IMG/VR virus record: IMGVR_UViG_3300028706_000553
Reading direction: 5' to 3' (one strand)
DNA: 64,000 bases
From: a virus
Below, in pieces: positions 8,655-16,606 of the stretch (its first letter is position 1; the number at the start of each line of letters is the position of its first letter). Position numbers and translations under genes: made by a program. The notes under the pieces were generated by a model, which was given only the letters and a program-made list of their open reading frames with translations, was not told where the DNA came from and made no database searches.

Positions 8655-9316
8655 TGTGTAGTATTTCTGCAAGCAAGAGCAAAGAAGTTTTATTAAAATT
8701 AGTAGAACTTAATAGATATCGGGGCGAAGAATCTCATTCAGTTTCACAGTTTTTATATCACGAAGATTTAGATCCTGACGCCAATGGTTTTTATCTTAAA
8801 CAACAGATTAAATCATATGGCCCTTTAGATGTAAAACAATTAGATGGTGAATGGGATTATTGTATTGTTCATCAACAAGCACCCACATCAAAAGAAGTTA
8901 ATAATACTGATTTAGCAACAGGAAGATTTATTCACCCAGCTGTGAAAGGAAAATCTTATTTGTGGCATAATGGTATTATTAAAGAAGGAAAATTTGAAGG
9001 TGATTGGGATACAGAATGGTTGTTTGATCTTACATTAGATGATTTAGAAAAAAGCCCTCTTAAAAGATTTGATGCTAAGATAAGTGAAGCAGATGGTACA
9101 TTCGCATGTATGATGCATCACGATAGTAGTATGTTTATATTTCGTAATGAAATTAGTCCTTTGTTTAGTGAAGGATCATCCTTTTCTTCTACTAAGTTTG
9201 AAAACTCTATTCCAGTGCCCGCAAATACAATGTGGGAATTAGATTATGAAATGGGTGGTTTAGTAGAACAATGGAAATTTGAAACAAAAGAAAATCCCTA
9301 TCATTTTGGAGAATAA
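8654..9316 (+). CDS. class II (Ntn) glutamine amidotransferase, stand-alone GAT partner of QueC
   Basis: Cys at position 2 (MCSI), NRYRG, HQQAPT, HP...LWHNGII and GTFAC; adjacent to queC. Confidence 0.75.
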   Translation: MCSISASKSKEVLLKLVELNRYRGEESHSVSQFLYHEDLDPDANGFYLKQQIKSYGPLDVKQLDGEWDYCIVHQQAPTSKEVNNTDLATGRFIHPAVKGKSYLWHNGIIKEGKFEGDWDTEWLFDLTLDDLEKSPLKRFDAKISEADGTFACMMHHDSSMFIFRNEISPLFSEGSSFSSTKFENSIPVPANTMWELDYEMGGLVEQWKFETKENPYHFGE

Positions 9317-9783
9317 TGTTTATACACCCCGTGAATGCCTCTACTGAGGTAACCAATATCGATGATACAATGATTCAACCAAATACTGTTGATTTACGAG
9401 TCGATAAGGTTTATCGAATCGGCGCTGGTCCAATGCACATAGATGAAGAAGAAAAGATACATCGAAAGTCAATGGAAATATTTCCCGATGAAGATGGTAA
9501 TTTTCTTTTAAGTCCAGGCTGTTATGAAATGCAATCCAATCAACAAGTAGAAATAGCAGAAGGGGAAGTTGCTCTTGTTCTTGGTAGAAGTACTTTTAAT
9601 AGAAATGGCGTTTTGATTATCAGTTCAATTTATGATTCAGGTTTTAAAGATTATGCAGGGGCAACTGTGTATAATATAGGCGGAGAAACAACCGTTAAGC
9701 CTAATACGCGATTTGCACATTTAATTATTGCAAAAGCGGAATCCTTACATAAATATGATGGAGACTATGGCGAAAAAAATTGA
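9316..9783 (+). CDS. trimeric dUTPase / dCTP-deaminase family protein
   Basis: QPNTVDLRV, GRSTFNRNG, IYDSGFK and C-terminal YDGDY motifs (archaeal-type Dut/Dcd pattern). Confidence 0.8.
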   Translation: MFIHPVNASTEVTNIDDTMIQPNTVDLRVDKVYRIGAGPMHIDEEEKIHRKSMEIFPDEDGNFLLSPGCYEMQSNQQVEIAEGEVALVLGRSTFNRNGVLIISSIYDSGFKDYAGATVYNIGGETTVKPNTRFAHLIIAKAESLHKYDGDYGEKN

Positions 9784-10024
9784 AAATAAAGAAAAAGAAA
9801 CTATAATAAAAATGCTGACTCCTGAAACATTCAATTTGGATGTTAAGAAGTTGTCAGATAAAATGCCGGTAATGGATGCAATTTTACATTATTGTGAAAT
9901 GAATAAATTAGAATATGAAACAGCTGCTTCTTTAATATCCACAGATCTAAAAAGAGTCTTACGAGCTGAAGCTGAAGAATTAAATTTCATACCGACCACA
10001 TCGAAACTACCTATCAATGTTTAA
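9767..10024 (+). CDS. gp33: late-promoter transcription co-activator gp33
   Basis: MDAILHYCEMNKLEYETAASLIS..LK..L..EAEELNF...KLP; canonical gp33-gp59-gp32 order. Start taken at ATG 9767. Confidence 0.85.
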   Translation: MAKKIENKEKETIIKMLTPETFNLDVKKLSDKMPVMDAILHYCEMNKLEYETAASLISTDLKRVLRAEAEELNFIPTTSKLPINV

Positions 10025-10104
10025 AAAAGTAAAAGAGAGTTTGGATGGGTCGTCTTTGCTAGAACACAACCACCTGATTGGGTAACCGCCCTATTCCAAA
10101 TGCC

Positions 10105-10698
10105 ATGAATGAATTTGAGTGTTATAGTCTTTATACCTCTCTTAAATTACATTTTACTACAGATTACGATTACTTTAAGTATAATGGTAAATGTAATGTT
10201 ACACCTGAGTCGTTTAACAAACGAAGAGAGCGATTCTTTTTTAAGAAATTATCTAGAGAATATCCAAATCCAGAATTAAGAGATTTTCTAGTATCGAACT
10301 TTTTAAGTGATATAAATATGTGGATAGGGGATGCTTTTGGTGAAAAGTGTGTTTCAACCTATCGTGACTGGCGGAAGCGTATTGAGAGTTTACAATACAT
10401 TTTTCGTGAAGATTGTTCGAACATCATGTCAGATGATTCGAATGAGTTCAATGCTTTATTTGAAGTAGTAGATGGACAACATCCACCTATTCTTCGTTAT
10501 GCTTTAGCGAAAAAAATAAACATTGAATCTTTTATCATCCTAGATGATATTTTATGTTTCATACCCAAATTTAATAGAGATCTTCAGGACCCAATCGTGT
10601 GGCCGGACTACTATAAGAAGTGTGTGAAATATAAGCCATTCTTTACTCATGAATTTGAAGCAAGCAGAAAAAGCTTGAAAAAAGTTCTTGACATTTAA
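10105..10698 (+). CDS. gp59: helicase loader gp59
   Basis: YTSLKLHFTTDYDYFKYNGK, FNKRRERFFFKKL, DGQHPPIL and KYKPF motifs. Start taken at ATG 10105 (ORF track starts at 10078). Confidence 0.92.
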   Translation: MNEFECYSLYTSLKLHFTTDYDYFKYNGKCNVTPESFNKRRERFFFKKLSREYPNPELRDFLVSNFLSDINMWIGDAFGEKCVSTYRDWRKRIESLQYIFREDCSNIMSDDSNEFNALFEVVDGQHPPILRYALAKKINIESFIILDDILCFIPKFNRDLQDPIVWPDYYKKCVKYKPFFTHEFEASRKSLKKVLDI

Positions 10699-10716
10699 TA
10701 AAGAATGTTATATAAT
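10688..10716 (+). promoter_or_regulatory. consensus sigma70 promoter for gp32
   Basis: TTGACA 10688-10693, 17-bp spacer, TATAAT 10711-10716. Confidence 0.85.
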
Positions 10717-10782
10717 ATATGTTATATTATGATTAAGTGAATAAAGCGTATACAACGAAACAAAGCAGTTATAAGGAGAAAT

Positions 10783-11718
10783 ATGTCGTTTGCAGATATG
10801 AAGAAAAAAAGAGGTTCCTCATTAAGCCACCTCAGCGAAGAGCTTAATAAAATCAACAATCCCGGATTTGGTGTAGATGAACGTTTTTGGAAAGCCGACT
10901 TAGATAAGGCTGGAAACGGTTATGCAGTCATCAGATTCTTGCCCCCTATTGAAGGAGAAGATCTTCCTTGGGTTCGTGTTTTCAATCATGGTTTTCAAGG
11001 ACCAGGTGGATGGTATATTGAAAACAGTCTTACTACTCTTGGTAAGAAGGATCCAGTTTCTGAATATAATTCAGGTCTTTGGGCTACAGGTGTAGAAGCG
11101 AATAAAGATATTGTTCGTAAACAGAAAAGACGTTTGACTTATTATGCCAATATTATGGTAGTTGAAGATTCAAAGCGTCCTGAAAATGAAGGGAAAGTTT
11201 TCCTTTTTAAATTCGGGAAGAAGATCTTTGATAAAGTCAATGATCAGATGAATCCTCAGTTTGAGGACGAAACACCTGTTAATCCTTTTGATTTCTGGGA
11301 AGGAGCGAACTTCAAATTGAAGATTCGTAAGGTAGAAGGCTTTACAAATTATGATAAAGCTGAATTTGCTGCTCCTACACCATTGTCAGAAAATGACGAA
11401 GACATGGAAAGGATTTGGAAACAACAGTATTCACTTCAAGACTTTTTGAAGCCTGATAACTTCAAGTCATATGAAGAATTATCCTCACGTTTAAATAAAG
11501 TTCTTGGTAAAGGAATTGATCCTTCCATGCAGAGAGCTGAAGATACAGTGATAGGTCCTGTTGATCATACTAGTGTACCTTTTGATGGTGGAGTTCCTAA
11601 TAGGCCTGCACCGCAACCAACTGTAAGTGCTCAAAATGATAATTTGGATCAGGGTAGTATGGATTCTGGAGAAGGAGATACTCTTTCTTACTTTGCTAAA
11701 TTAGCTGAAGAAGAATAA
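10783..11718 (+). CDS. gp32: single-stranded DNA-binding protein gp32
   Basis: DERFWK..DKAGNGYAVIRFLP, GWYIENSLTTLG, GKVFLFKFGKKIFDK, NPFDFWEGANFKLKIR, C-terminal SYFAKLAEE. Confidence 0.97.
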   Translation: MSFADMKKKRGSSLSHLSEELNKINNPGFGVDERFWKADLDKAGNGYAVIRFLPPIEGEDLPWVRVFNHGFQGPGGWYIENSLTTLGKKDPVSEYNSGLWATGVEANKDIVRKQKRRLTYYANIMVVEDSKRPENEGKVFLFKFGKKIFDKVNDQMNPQFEDETPVNPFDFWEGANFKLKIRKVEGFTNYDKAEFAAPTPLSENDEDMERIWKQQYSLQDFLKPDNFKSYEELSSRLNKVLGKGIDPSMQRAEDTVIGPVDHTSVPFDGGVPNRPAPQPTVSAQNDNLDQGSMDSGEGDTLSYFAKLAEEE

Positions 11719-11737
11719 TCATTCATTTAGTGGTCAT

Positions 11738-14041
11738 CTACTGGGTGACCACCTTTTTCAATGAATCTTTTCGTGAACTAGTATCAAGGTCAGTCTGGAG
11801 GACGATGCCTTCGGTTTTGGTGGTGACTACTGAATTATCTACTACATTTACTGGTTGTCTATCTCTTTCTTGTCTTGCTAATTCCCTCTCTTCTTTTCTT
11901 TTTCTCTCCTCGGCCGCCACAAGTCTTTTATATGCTTCTGGATCATCTTTTTCCATTTTAGCCATTTGGTAATGTTTTGAATCTTTACCGAAAATTCCTT
12001 TGGCTGCCTTTTTCCCTAAAAATCCCATATCCATCATCAACCTCGCAATAAATTGGGGAATTCTTCGGACGAAGGCAAAGACTGGTTCTAGAACATGATC
12101 GTAAATTGCATCGGTTGCCATTGTAAATAATTTTTTGATACCAGTAAATAAAGAAAAGTTACCATCTTTATCTCTTAGATTTTTATCAATAAATGCTACT
12201 GCATTTTTAAAATCGAATTTTTTTAATATCCAAGCAACTGCTTCACCTAATAGGTTTGGTATAGCAAACAATACATCGTCGAATACAGACTCTATACCGG
12301 CCCCTATTGCGCCTGTAATACCACCTTCTTTATATCCATCTACAATATTACTTATTACATCAAACGCAGAAAAAAGGAACCCAATAGGAATGAATACCTT
12401 ACCAATAACTTTTGCGATCTTACCTACAAAACCTAAAATGTCTTTTAAGGGTTTGATCCAATCAGTTAAAGGAGCAATTATACCTGAAAACGTTTTTGCG
12501 GCTTTTGTAAGAATGCCGTCTTTAGGTCCGAATGCACCTTTGAATGAATCTCTAAAAGAATTAAAAGTTTTAATTGGATGAGCTAATGCTTCTGCATTTA
12601 AAAATCCAAGAGCACCAAAGTTAAGTACGTTTACTAATTTGAAAAACCCTTTAGTAATTTTTAACATAGTACCAAAGATATTATCAATGGCAGTTAAGAA
12701 TCCAGTCTTTACTTGCATCAACTTACTACCTTCAGCAAACATTGGCATCTTAAAGAATGCTCCAAACCTTGTACTAAATCCTGCTTTTGCTTTTACTATG
12801 CCTTCAGCAACATCATCACCTATATTGAAAATTTTAGTTTTCAATTTAGAAAACATACCTTGTTTTTTAATGACAAGGTCATCAACTTTTGCAGGATCTA
12901 ATCCTAACATTTTTATAATACTGGAGTTGAATTTTGTTTTAGCTAGTTTACCTGCATCTGCCGCTTCGTCACTTATTTCTAATATATTAGCGTGCTTCTT
13001 CAAGAACTTTATTTTAGCTGCGTCGGATAATCCTTCTGCATCAGCAGCAAAAGCCAACATCTTAGATTGGGATTTTAGAAACTTTAGTTTATCTTTTTGA
13101 ATACCGTCAGTATGGTCAGCCATCCATGCTAACATTTTAGATTGCTTTTTCAAAAAGCCGGCTTTATCAGCAGCGGACATATCTTCAGCTGTATTCATCC
13201 ACTTCAACATATTCGTCTGAGCATTGAAGAACTTCAATTTATTTGCATCTGTTAATTTTTCAGCATCAGTAGCCCATGAAGCTAGTCTACCTAGAGTTTT
13301 AGTAAAGTTGTTTTTTTGAGCGAGCGCAAATTTGTCTGTGTCTGGGCCAAATTTTAAAAACTTTCCTATATCATCTGCAAATCCAGCCTTTTGTTTAGCA
13401 AGTTCATTAGGAAATTTTTGTTCAAAACCAAAGTACTTTTTTAAATTAAACCACATACCACTTTTGGTTTTTCCTAAATCTTTAACATCTCCAGGAGGAA
13501 ATCCTAAGGCACCTTTGATTTTATCAAAAAAAGATGTCCTATGAATTTTCATATTATCAAGTAATTTTGTGAACTGATCGCCAGTAAAAAAAGCTGTTAT
13601 CGAATCTTTAAATAATGCTAATCCGGCTATAGCCGCACCGCCGAGTCCGGCAGCTAATCCACCCCAACTAAAATCTAAGCCACCTAAGGATGGTGCTCCA
13701 CCTCCTCCACCACCTTTATCTTTATCTTTAGCTAAACGAGCGGCTTCCATTGCTGCTTCTAATCGCTTTCGTTCAGCATCTTTAATAAAGTCAAGGTATT
13801 CAGCAAAGAGATCGGCAGTTCTAAATGTGTTAGCTTCGACTGATTGTAATAAATTATTACTCATATCGCCCATGCGAATTGAGTTAGACCAATATTGTGT
13901 CTGCGCATCAAATGAATCTTTCATTTGATTTACAAACATGCCGCTAGAAATAGCATCTGCTCCTAATTGTGAAGACACCTCATCTTGCCATTTTTTACGG
14001 GCAGCATGTTCTTTTGGATCTGTTTTTACTGTCTCAGCCAT
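11738..14041 (-). CDS. tail tape-measure / baseplate hub protein (gp29-like)
   Basis: 767 aa, helical Ala/Gly/Lys-rich with about 25-aa Phe/Trp-spaced repeats; follows gp26-gp51 on the same strand. Confidence 0.7.
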   Translation of the reverse strand: MAETVKTDPKEHAARKKWQDEVSSQLGADAISSGMFVNQMKDSFDAQTQYWSNSIRMGDMSNNLLQSVEANTFRTADLFAEYLDFIKDAERKRLEAAMEAARLAKDKDKGGGGGGAPSLGGLDFSWGGLAAGLGGAAIAGLALFKDSITAFFTGDQFTKLLDNMKIHRTSFFDKIKGALGFPPGDVKDLGKTKSGMWFNLKKYFGFEQKFPNELAKQKAGFADDIGKFLKFGPDTDKFALAQKNNFTKTLGRLASWATDAEKLTDANKLKFFNAQTNMLKWMNTAEDMSAADKAGFLKKQSKMLAWMADHTDGIQKDKLKFLKSQSKMLAFAADAEGLSDAAKIKFLKKHANILEISDEAADAGKLAKTKFNSSIIKMLGLDPAKVDDLVIKKQGMFSKLKTKIFNIGDDVAEGIVKAKAGFSTRFGAFFKMPMFAEGSKLMQVKTGFLTAIDNIFGTMLKITKGFFKLVNVLNFGALGFLNAEALAHPIKTFNSFRDSFKGAFGPKDGILTKAAKTFSGIIAPLTDWIKPLKDILGFVGKIAKVIGKVFIPIGFLFSAFDVISNIVDGYKEGGITGAIGAGIESVFDDVLFAIPNLLGEAVAWILKKFDFKNAVAFIDKNLRDKDGNFSLFTGIKKLFTMATDAIYDHVLEPVFAFVRRIPQFIARLMMDMGFLGKKAAKGIFGKDSKHYQMAKMEKDDPEAYKRLVAAEERKRKEERELARQERDRQPVNVVDNSVVTTKTEGIVLQTDLDTSSRKDSLKKVVTQ
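12680..13545 (-). repeat. about 10 degenerate 25-26-aa protein repeats in the tape-measure protein
   Basis: e.g. KLKFFNAQTNMLKWMNTAEDMSAAD / KAGFLKKQSKMLAWMADHTDGIQKD / KLKFLKSQSKMLAFAADAEGLSDAA / KIKFLKKHANILEISDEAADAGKLA. Confidence 0.75.
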
Positions 14042-14228
14042 GTCTTTGTCTTTCTTCTTCCATACGTTGATTTTCTTCTTCTATATGTTCAATTAAGAGG
14101 GCAATATAAAGGTCTCTTTCGTAACACATCATATTTTCTATCTCAGTCAAACTCCATTTATGATTCTGTATTAGAGAAAAAATGGTTTTATAATAGTTAA
14201 CTAAACTATTGTGACTGAGTATTAACCG
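14034..14228 (-). CDS. gp51: baseplate hub assembly chaperone gp51 (not in ORF track; no proper start codon, probably reached by -1 frameshift from gp26)
   Basis: Hand translation RLILSHNSLVNYYKTIFSLIQNHKWSLTEIENMMCYERDLYIALLIEHIEEENQR...HG-stop matches the gp51 pattern HKxSLTEIENMMxxERDxY. Confidence 0.85.
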   Translation of the reverse strand, partial: RLILSHNSLVNYYKTIFSLIQNHKWSLTEIENMMCYERDLYIALLIEHIEEENQRMEEERQRHG

Positions 14229-14944
14229 AAAAAAGCCTGTAGCCCCTCCAAGGCTACCTTGTCTTTTTTACCACATTTTTCGCACTGCCAAGATACTTCA
14301 TGTCTTAATTTAGGCATGGTATTAAAATAAGCAACAATCTTACCAAATTGATTTTGATTTAGACTGTAAATAAAATCTTCTAATTCTTGTTCGGTACTAT
14401 TTTTAATATCATGATATTCTTCTTTATCATATATTCCAGCAATACATGCTTTGGTAATTTGAAAGATAGAATCCATTTGAGATTCCTCTGCTGGTCTTGT
14501 CATTCTATCAATATCTGGATATCTTAATTGCACTGATATTTTATCATCAAGTTTAACCAGATCTTTATGGTCTTTATTAATATGTAATTTAATATCATTA
14601 CAATTAATTTCAACTTGTGTGGTGCCATTACACCCATCTTTTTCATCAGCTGTTGGGTGTCTCATCCCAACTGTTATCAATTCACCTACTGAGCGCGCTC
14701 GTAAATTTAAAAATAACATTTCAACATCAAATGCTGGTAGGTCATTTGTAACAAGATCCTCATCAAGGCAACAATTTTTAATAATTTGTTTAGTTGCAGT
14801 GACAATATCTTGCGTATCTCCACCTTCAAGTGCTGTTAATAAAATCTTTTCTTCTTTAACAAGAAAAGGTCTATATTTAACCGGCCTATCTACGCTATGT
14901 AATTTGATCGTATAGGTCGGATTATCTATTACTGGTAAACTCAT
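14222..14944 (-). CDS. gp26: baseplate hub assembly chaperone gp26
   Basis: MSLPVIDNPTY, KYRPFLVKEEKILL, FDVEMLFLNLRARSVGE, YFNTMPKL, CxxC and terminal LEGLQAFF. Confidence 0.9.
   Translation of the reverse strand: MSLPVIDNPTYTIKLHSVDRPVKYRPFLVKEEKILLTALEGGDTQDIVTATKQIIKNCCLDEDLVTNDLPAFDVEMLFLNLRARSVGELITVGMRHPTADEKDGCNGTTQVEINCNDIKLHINKDHKDLVKLDDKISVQLRYPDIDRMTRPAEESQMDSIFQITKACIAGIYDKEEYHDIKNSTEQELEDFIYSLNQNQFGKIVAYFNTMPKLRHEVSWQCEKCGKKDKVALEGLQAFFG
14228..14249 (-). promoter_or_regulatory. candidate -1 ribosomal frameshift signal (U UUU UUC with upstream internal SD)
   Basis: On the minus strand: GGAGGGG (14249-14243), 8 nt, then T TTT TTC (14234-14228) in the correct X XXY YYZ phase just before the gp26 stop. 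Confidence 0.6.
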
Positions 14945-14964
14945 AATATCTCCAATTCAATAAA

Positions 14965-15492
14965 TTATATCGTGGTCCATTTATGACATGCAAAGCTCAC
15001 ATTAAACTGACCAAGTGTGTTATTTGAATCCCATCCTAACGTGGTGGCATCAACGTTTATTGGGAATGTATCCATATATTTAGTACCTGTTGTTGCTTCT
15101 TCTTCACTAATCGATTCATTGGATTGATCAAATGCCAACACAGTTATATCGCCTTTATAATCATCAAAATATTTCATATTTCCGGTTTCAGTTGGAACAC
15201 AAAAATCCATCCATTTAATAAAAAAGTTTCTGGCTTCCCATGCATTAGTAATGATAAATTGTAATTGATATTCAGTGTAAGTATTTTCTCTTGCCATTTT
15301 ACGAACAGGGCCATAATGTTTCAAATCTGAAGTAGCTATTGTTCTCGCACCTAAGGGAGCCTGATTACAAAAGAAAGTAAGTCCTGCAGGCAAATGAACC
15401 TTACTCGGTGGTTTTATTTTCGCCACGAATCTATTCATTGGGGCTATACCACCCGCCTCATCCAATTTAGCTAAAAAATCTGTCGTATTCAT
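14965..15492 (-). CDS. gp54: tail-tube-fold baseplate protein (gp54-like tube initiator)
   Basis: GGIAPMNRF, YGPVRKMA, FIKWMD, YFDDYKGDI and FPINV patterns of the gp19/gp54 family. Confidence 0.7.
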   Translation of the reverse strand: MNTTDFLAKLDEAGGIAPMNRFVAKIKPPSKVHLPAGLTFFCNQAPLGARTIATSDLKHYGPVRKMARENTYTEYQLQFIITNAWEARNFFIKWMDFCVPTETGNMKYFDDYKGDITVLAFDQSNESISEEEATTGTKYMDTFPINVDATTLGWDSNNTLGQFNVSFACHKWTTI

Positions 15493-16094
15493 AAGGTCCT
15501 TATCATTGCTTGACTATCCATCCAGACTTCAGATTTATCAGCTTTTCTAAAATCTTCAACAGGTAAATGTATTGCTGTAGCCCATTCATCAGCAGGAACA
15601 TGTATAAATGTGCCTGAAGAGTATGTTATATCGTATTTATGTATGGTTGGTTTAACTTCTTTATATCTAACAAAAGGTCTTATGTCGCTGTAAGAAATGT
15701 CTATATAAGTTCTTGAAGTATCCTCATTTAAATTAATCCGGACAATTAATTTTTTCATCAATGCTTCTCTTAAATGATGCGGCAGATAATGAAAATTTAT
15801 TCCTACAAAACCTCTTGACCAAGCTTCAATTGGAATAACTAACGGAAACCTATCATAATATTTTAATTTATTTTTATGCTTGGGATCATAGTTCATAAAA
15901 TACATATGACCCATTTGTATTCTGTTTTCGCCTCTAGCTAAACGAGCTTGTTCTCTGGTACCTTCTGATATAATTTTATATGGATCTTTAATTCCGCGCG
16001 ATCTACCGACGGTTAATTCCTGACGAAGGGTATTAAATTTATCCCTCAACCATACAATTGCTTCATCTGCTAGTTTTGTTAGTTTTAGTGCCAT
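15489..16094 (-). CDS. gp2: DNA end protector protein gp2
   Basis: MYFMNYDPKHKNKLKYYDRFPLV, GINFHYLP, IHKY, EWATAIHLPVEDF. Confidence 0.92.
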   Translation of the reverse strand: MALKLTKLADEAIVWLRDKFNTLRQELTVGRSRGIKDPYKIISEGTREQARLARGENRIQMGHMYFMNYDPKHKNKLKYYDRFPLVIPIEAWSRGFVGINFHYLPHHLREALMKKLIVRINLNEDTSRTYIDISYSDIRPFVRYKEVKPTIHKYDITYSSGTFIHVPADEWATAIHLPVEDFRKADKSEVWMDSQAMIRTL

Positions 16095-16097
16095 GTA

Positions 16098-16541
16098 TTA
16101 TTTAGATAATAATTGATCCTCGGTTAATATAACAAATTTCCAATTTTTCTTTTTGCAAACTGCACTTGCTGCTTTCCACTTTGCTTCATTAACCCCATAT
16201 CTTTTCATTTCTAATAAAAATCTACCAGTTTTTCGTTTTCTGCCGGTATCTTTAGGGGGAACAGTTTGTTTCTTAGGTTTTATTTCAATTAAGGAAATTT
16301 CTATAAGACCGTCATGTTTTTTAGTTTTTACCCAAAAGTCTGGATAGTATTTGTGTATTCTTCTATCAAGTGGGGATCTATATGGAATTACTACTTCTTC
16401 ACTAGCCCATTTAATAATACTTGGATTCTCATCACAATACACCATAAAGCGTCTTTCCCACAAACTTCTATAAATTATCTTAGTGGGATCACCTTTATAT
16501 TTGCTTCGATTTTTAGGTTTATACTTTCCTTTATAAGCCAT
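16098..16541 (-). CDS. gp4: head completion nuclease gp4 (TnsA-like)
   Basis: MAYKGKYKPKN..KYKGD, YRSLWERRFM, WASEE, YYPDF, IEIKP, NEAKWKAA. Confidence 0.95.
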   Translation of the reverse strand: MAYKGKYKPKNRSKYKGDPTKIIYRSLWERRFMVYCDENPSIIKWASEEVVIPYRSPLDRRIHKYYPDFWVKTKKHDGLIEISLIEIKPKKQTVPPKDTGRKRKTGRFLLEMKRYGVNEAKWKAASAVCKKKNWKFVILTEDQLLSK

Positions 16542-16551
16542 ATCAATTCGT

Positions 16552-16559
16552 TATAAATA
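16552..16559 (+). promoter_or_regulatory. T4-type late promoter for the gp48-gp53 operon
   Basis: Exact TATAAATA upstream of gp48. Confidence 0.8.
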
Positions 16560-16575
16560 ATTTAATATATTAGGC

Positions 16576-16583
16576 TATTTATA
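16576..16583 (-). promoter_or_regulatory. T4-type late promoter for the gp4-gp2-gp54-gp26 operon
   Basis: TATTTATA on the plus strand, i.e. TATAAATA on the minus strand, upstream of gp4. Confidence 0.8.
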
Positions 16584-16606
16584 CAAGAATAACAGGAATT
16601 TTTTAC

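Noticed and set aside
6164-9316. Interpretation as a tRNA queuosine or folate auxiliary pathway
   Set aside because: No queF, queA or canonical zinc-binding tgt; the TGT-like protein is divergent and a GAT partner is present, which better fits DNA 7-deazaguanine modification (not formally excluded).
10017-10108. 22-codon ORF (MFKKVKESL...) and an open frame continuing past the gp33 stop into the gp59 start
   Set aside because: Too short, no RBS or recognisable motif, and no evidence for readthrough.
11730-14915. Plus-strand ORFs opposite the tape-measure and gp26 genes (e.g. 12135..12581, 12639..13100, 13985..14200, 14619..14915)
   Set aside because: Antisense shadows of well-supported minus-strand genes; no motifs or RBS.
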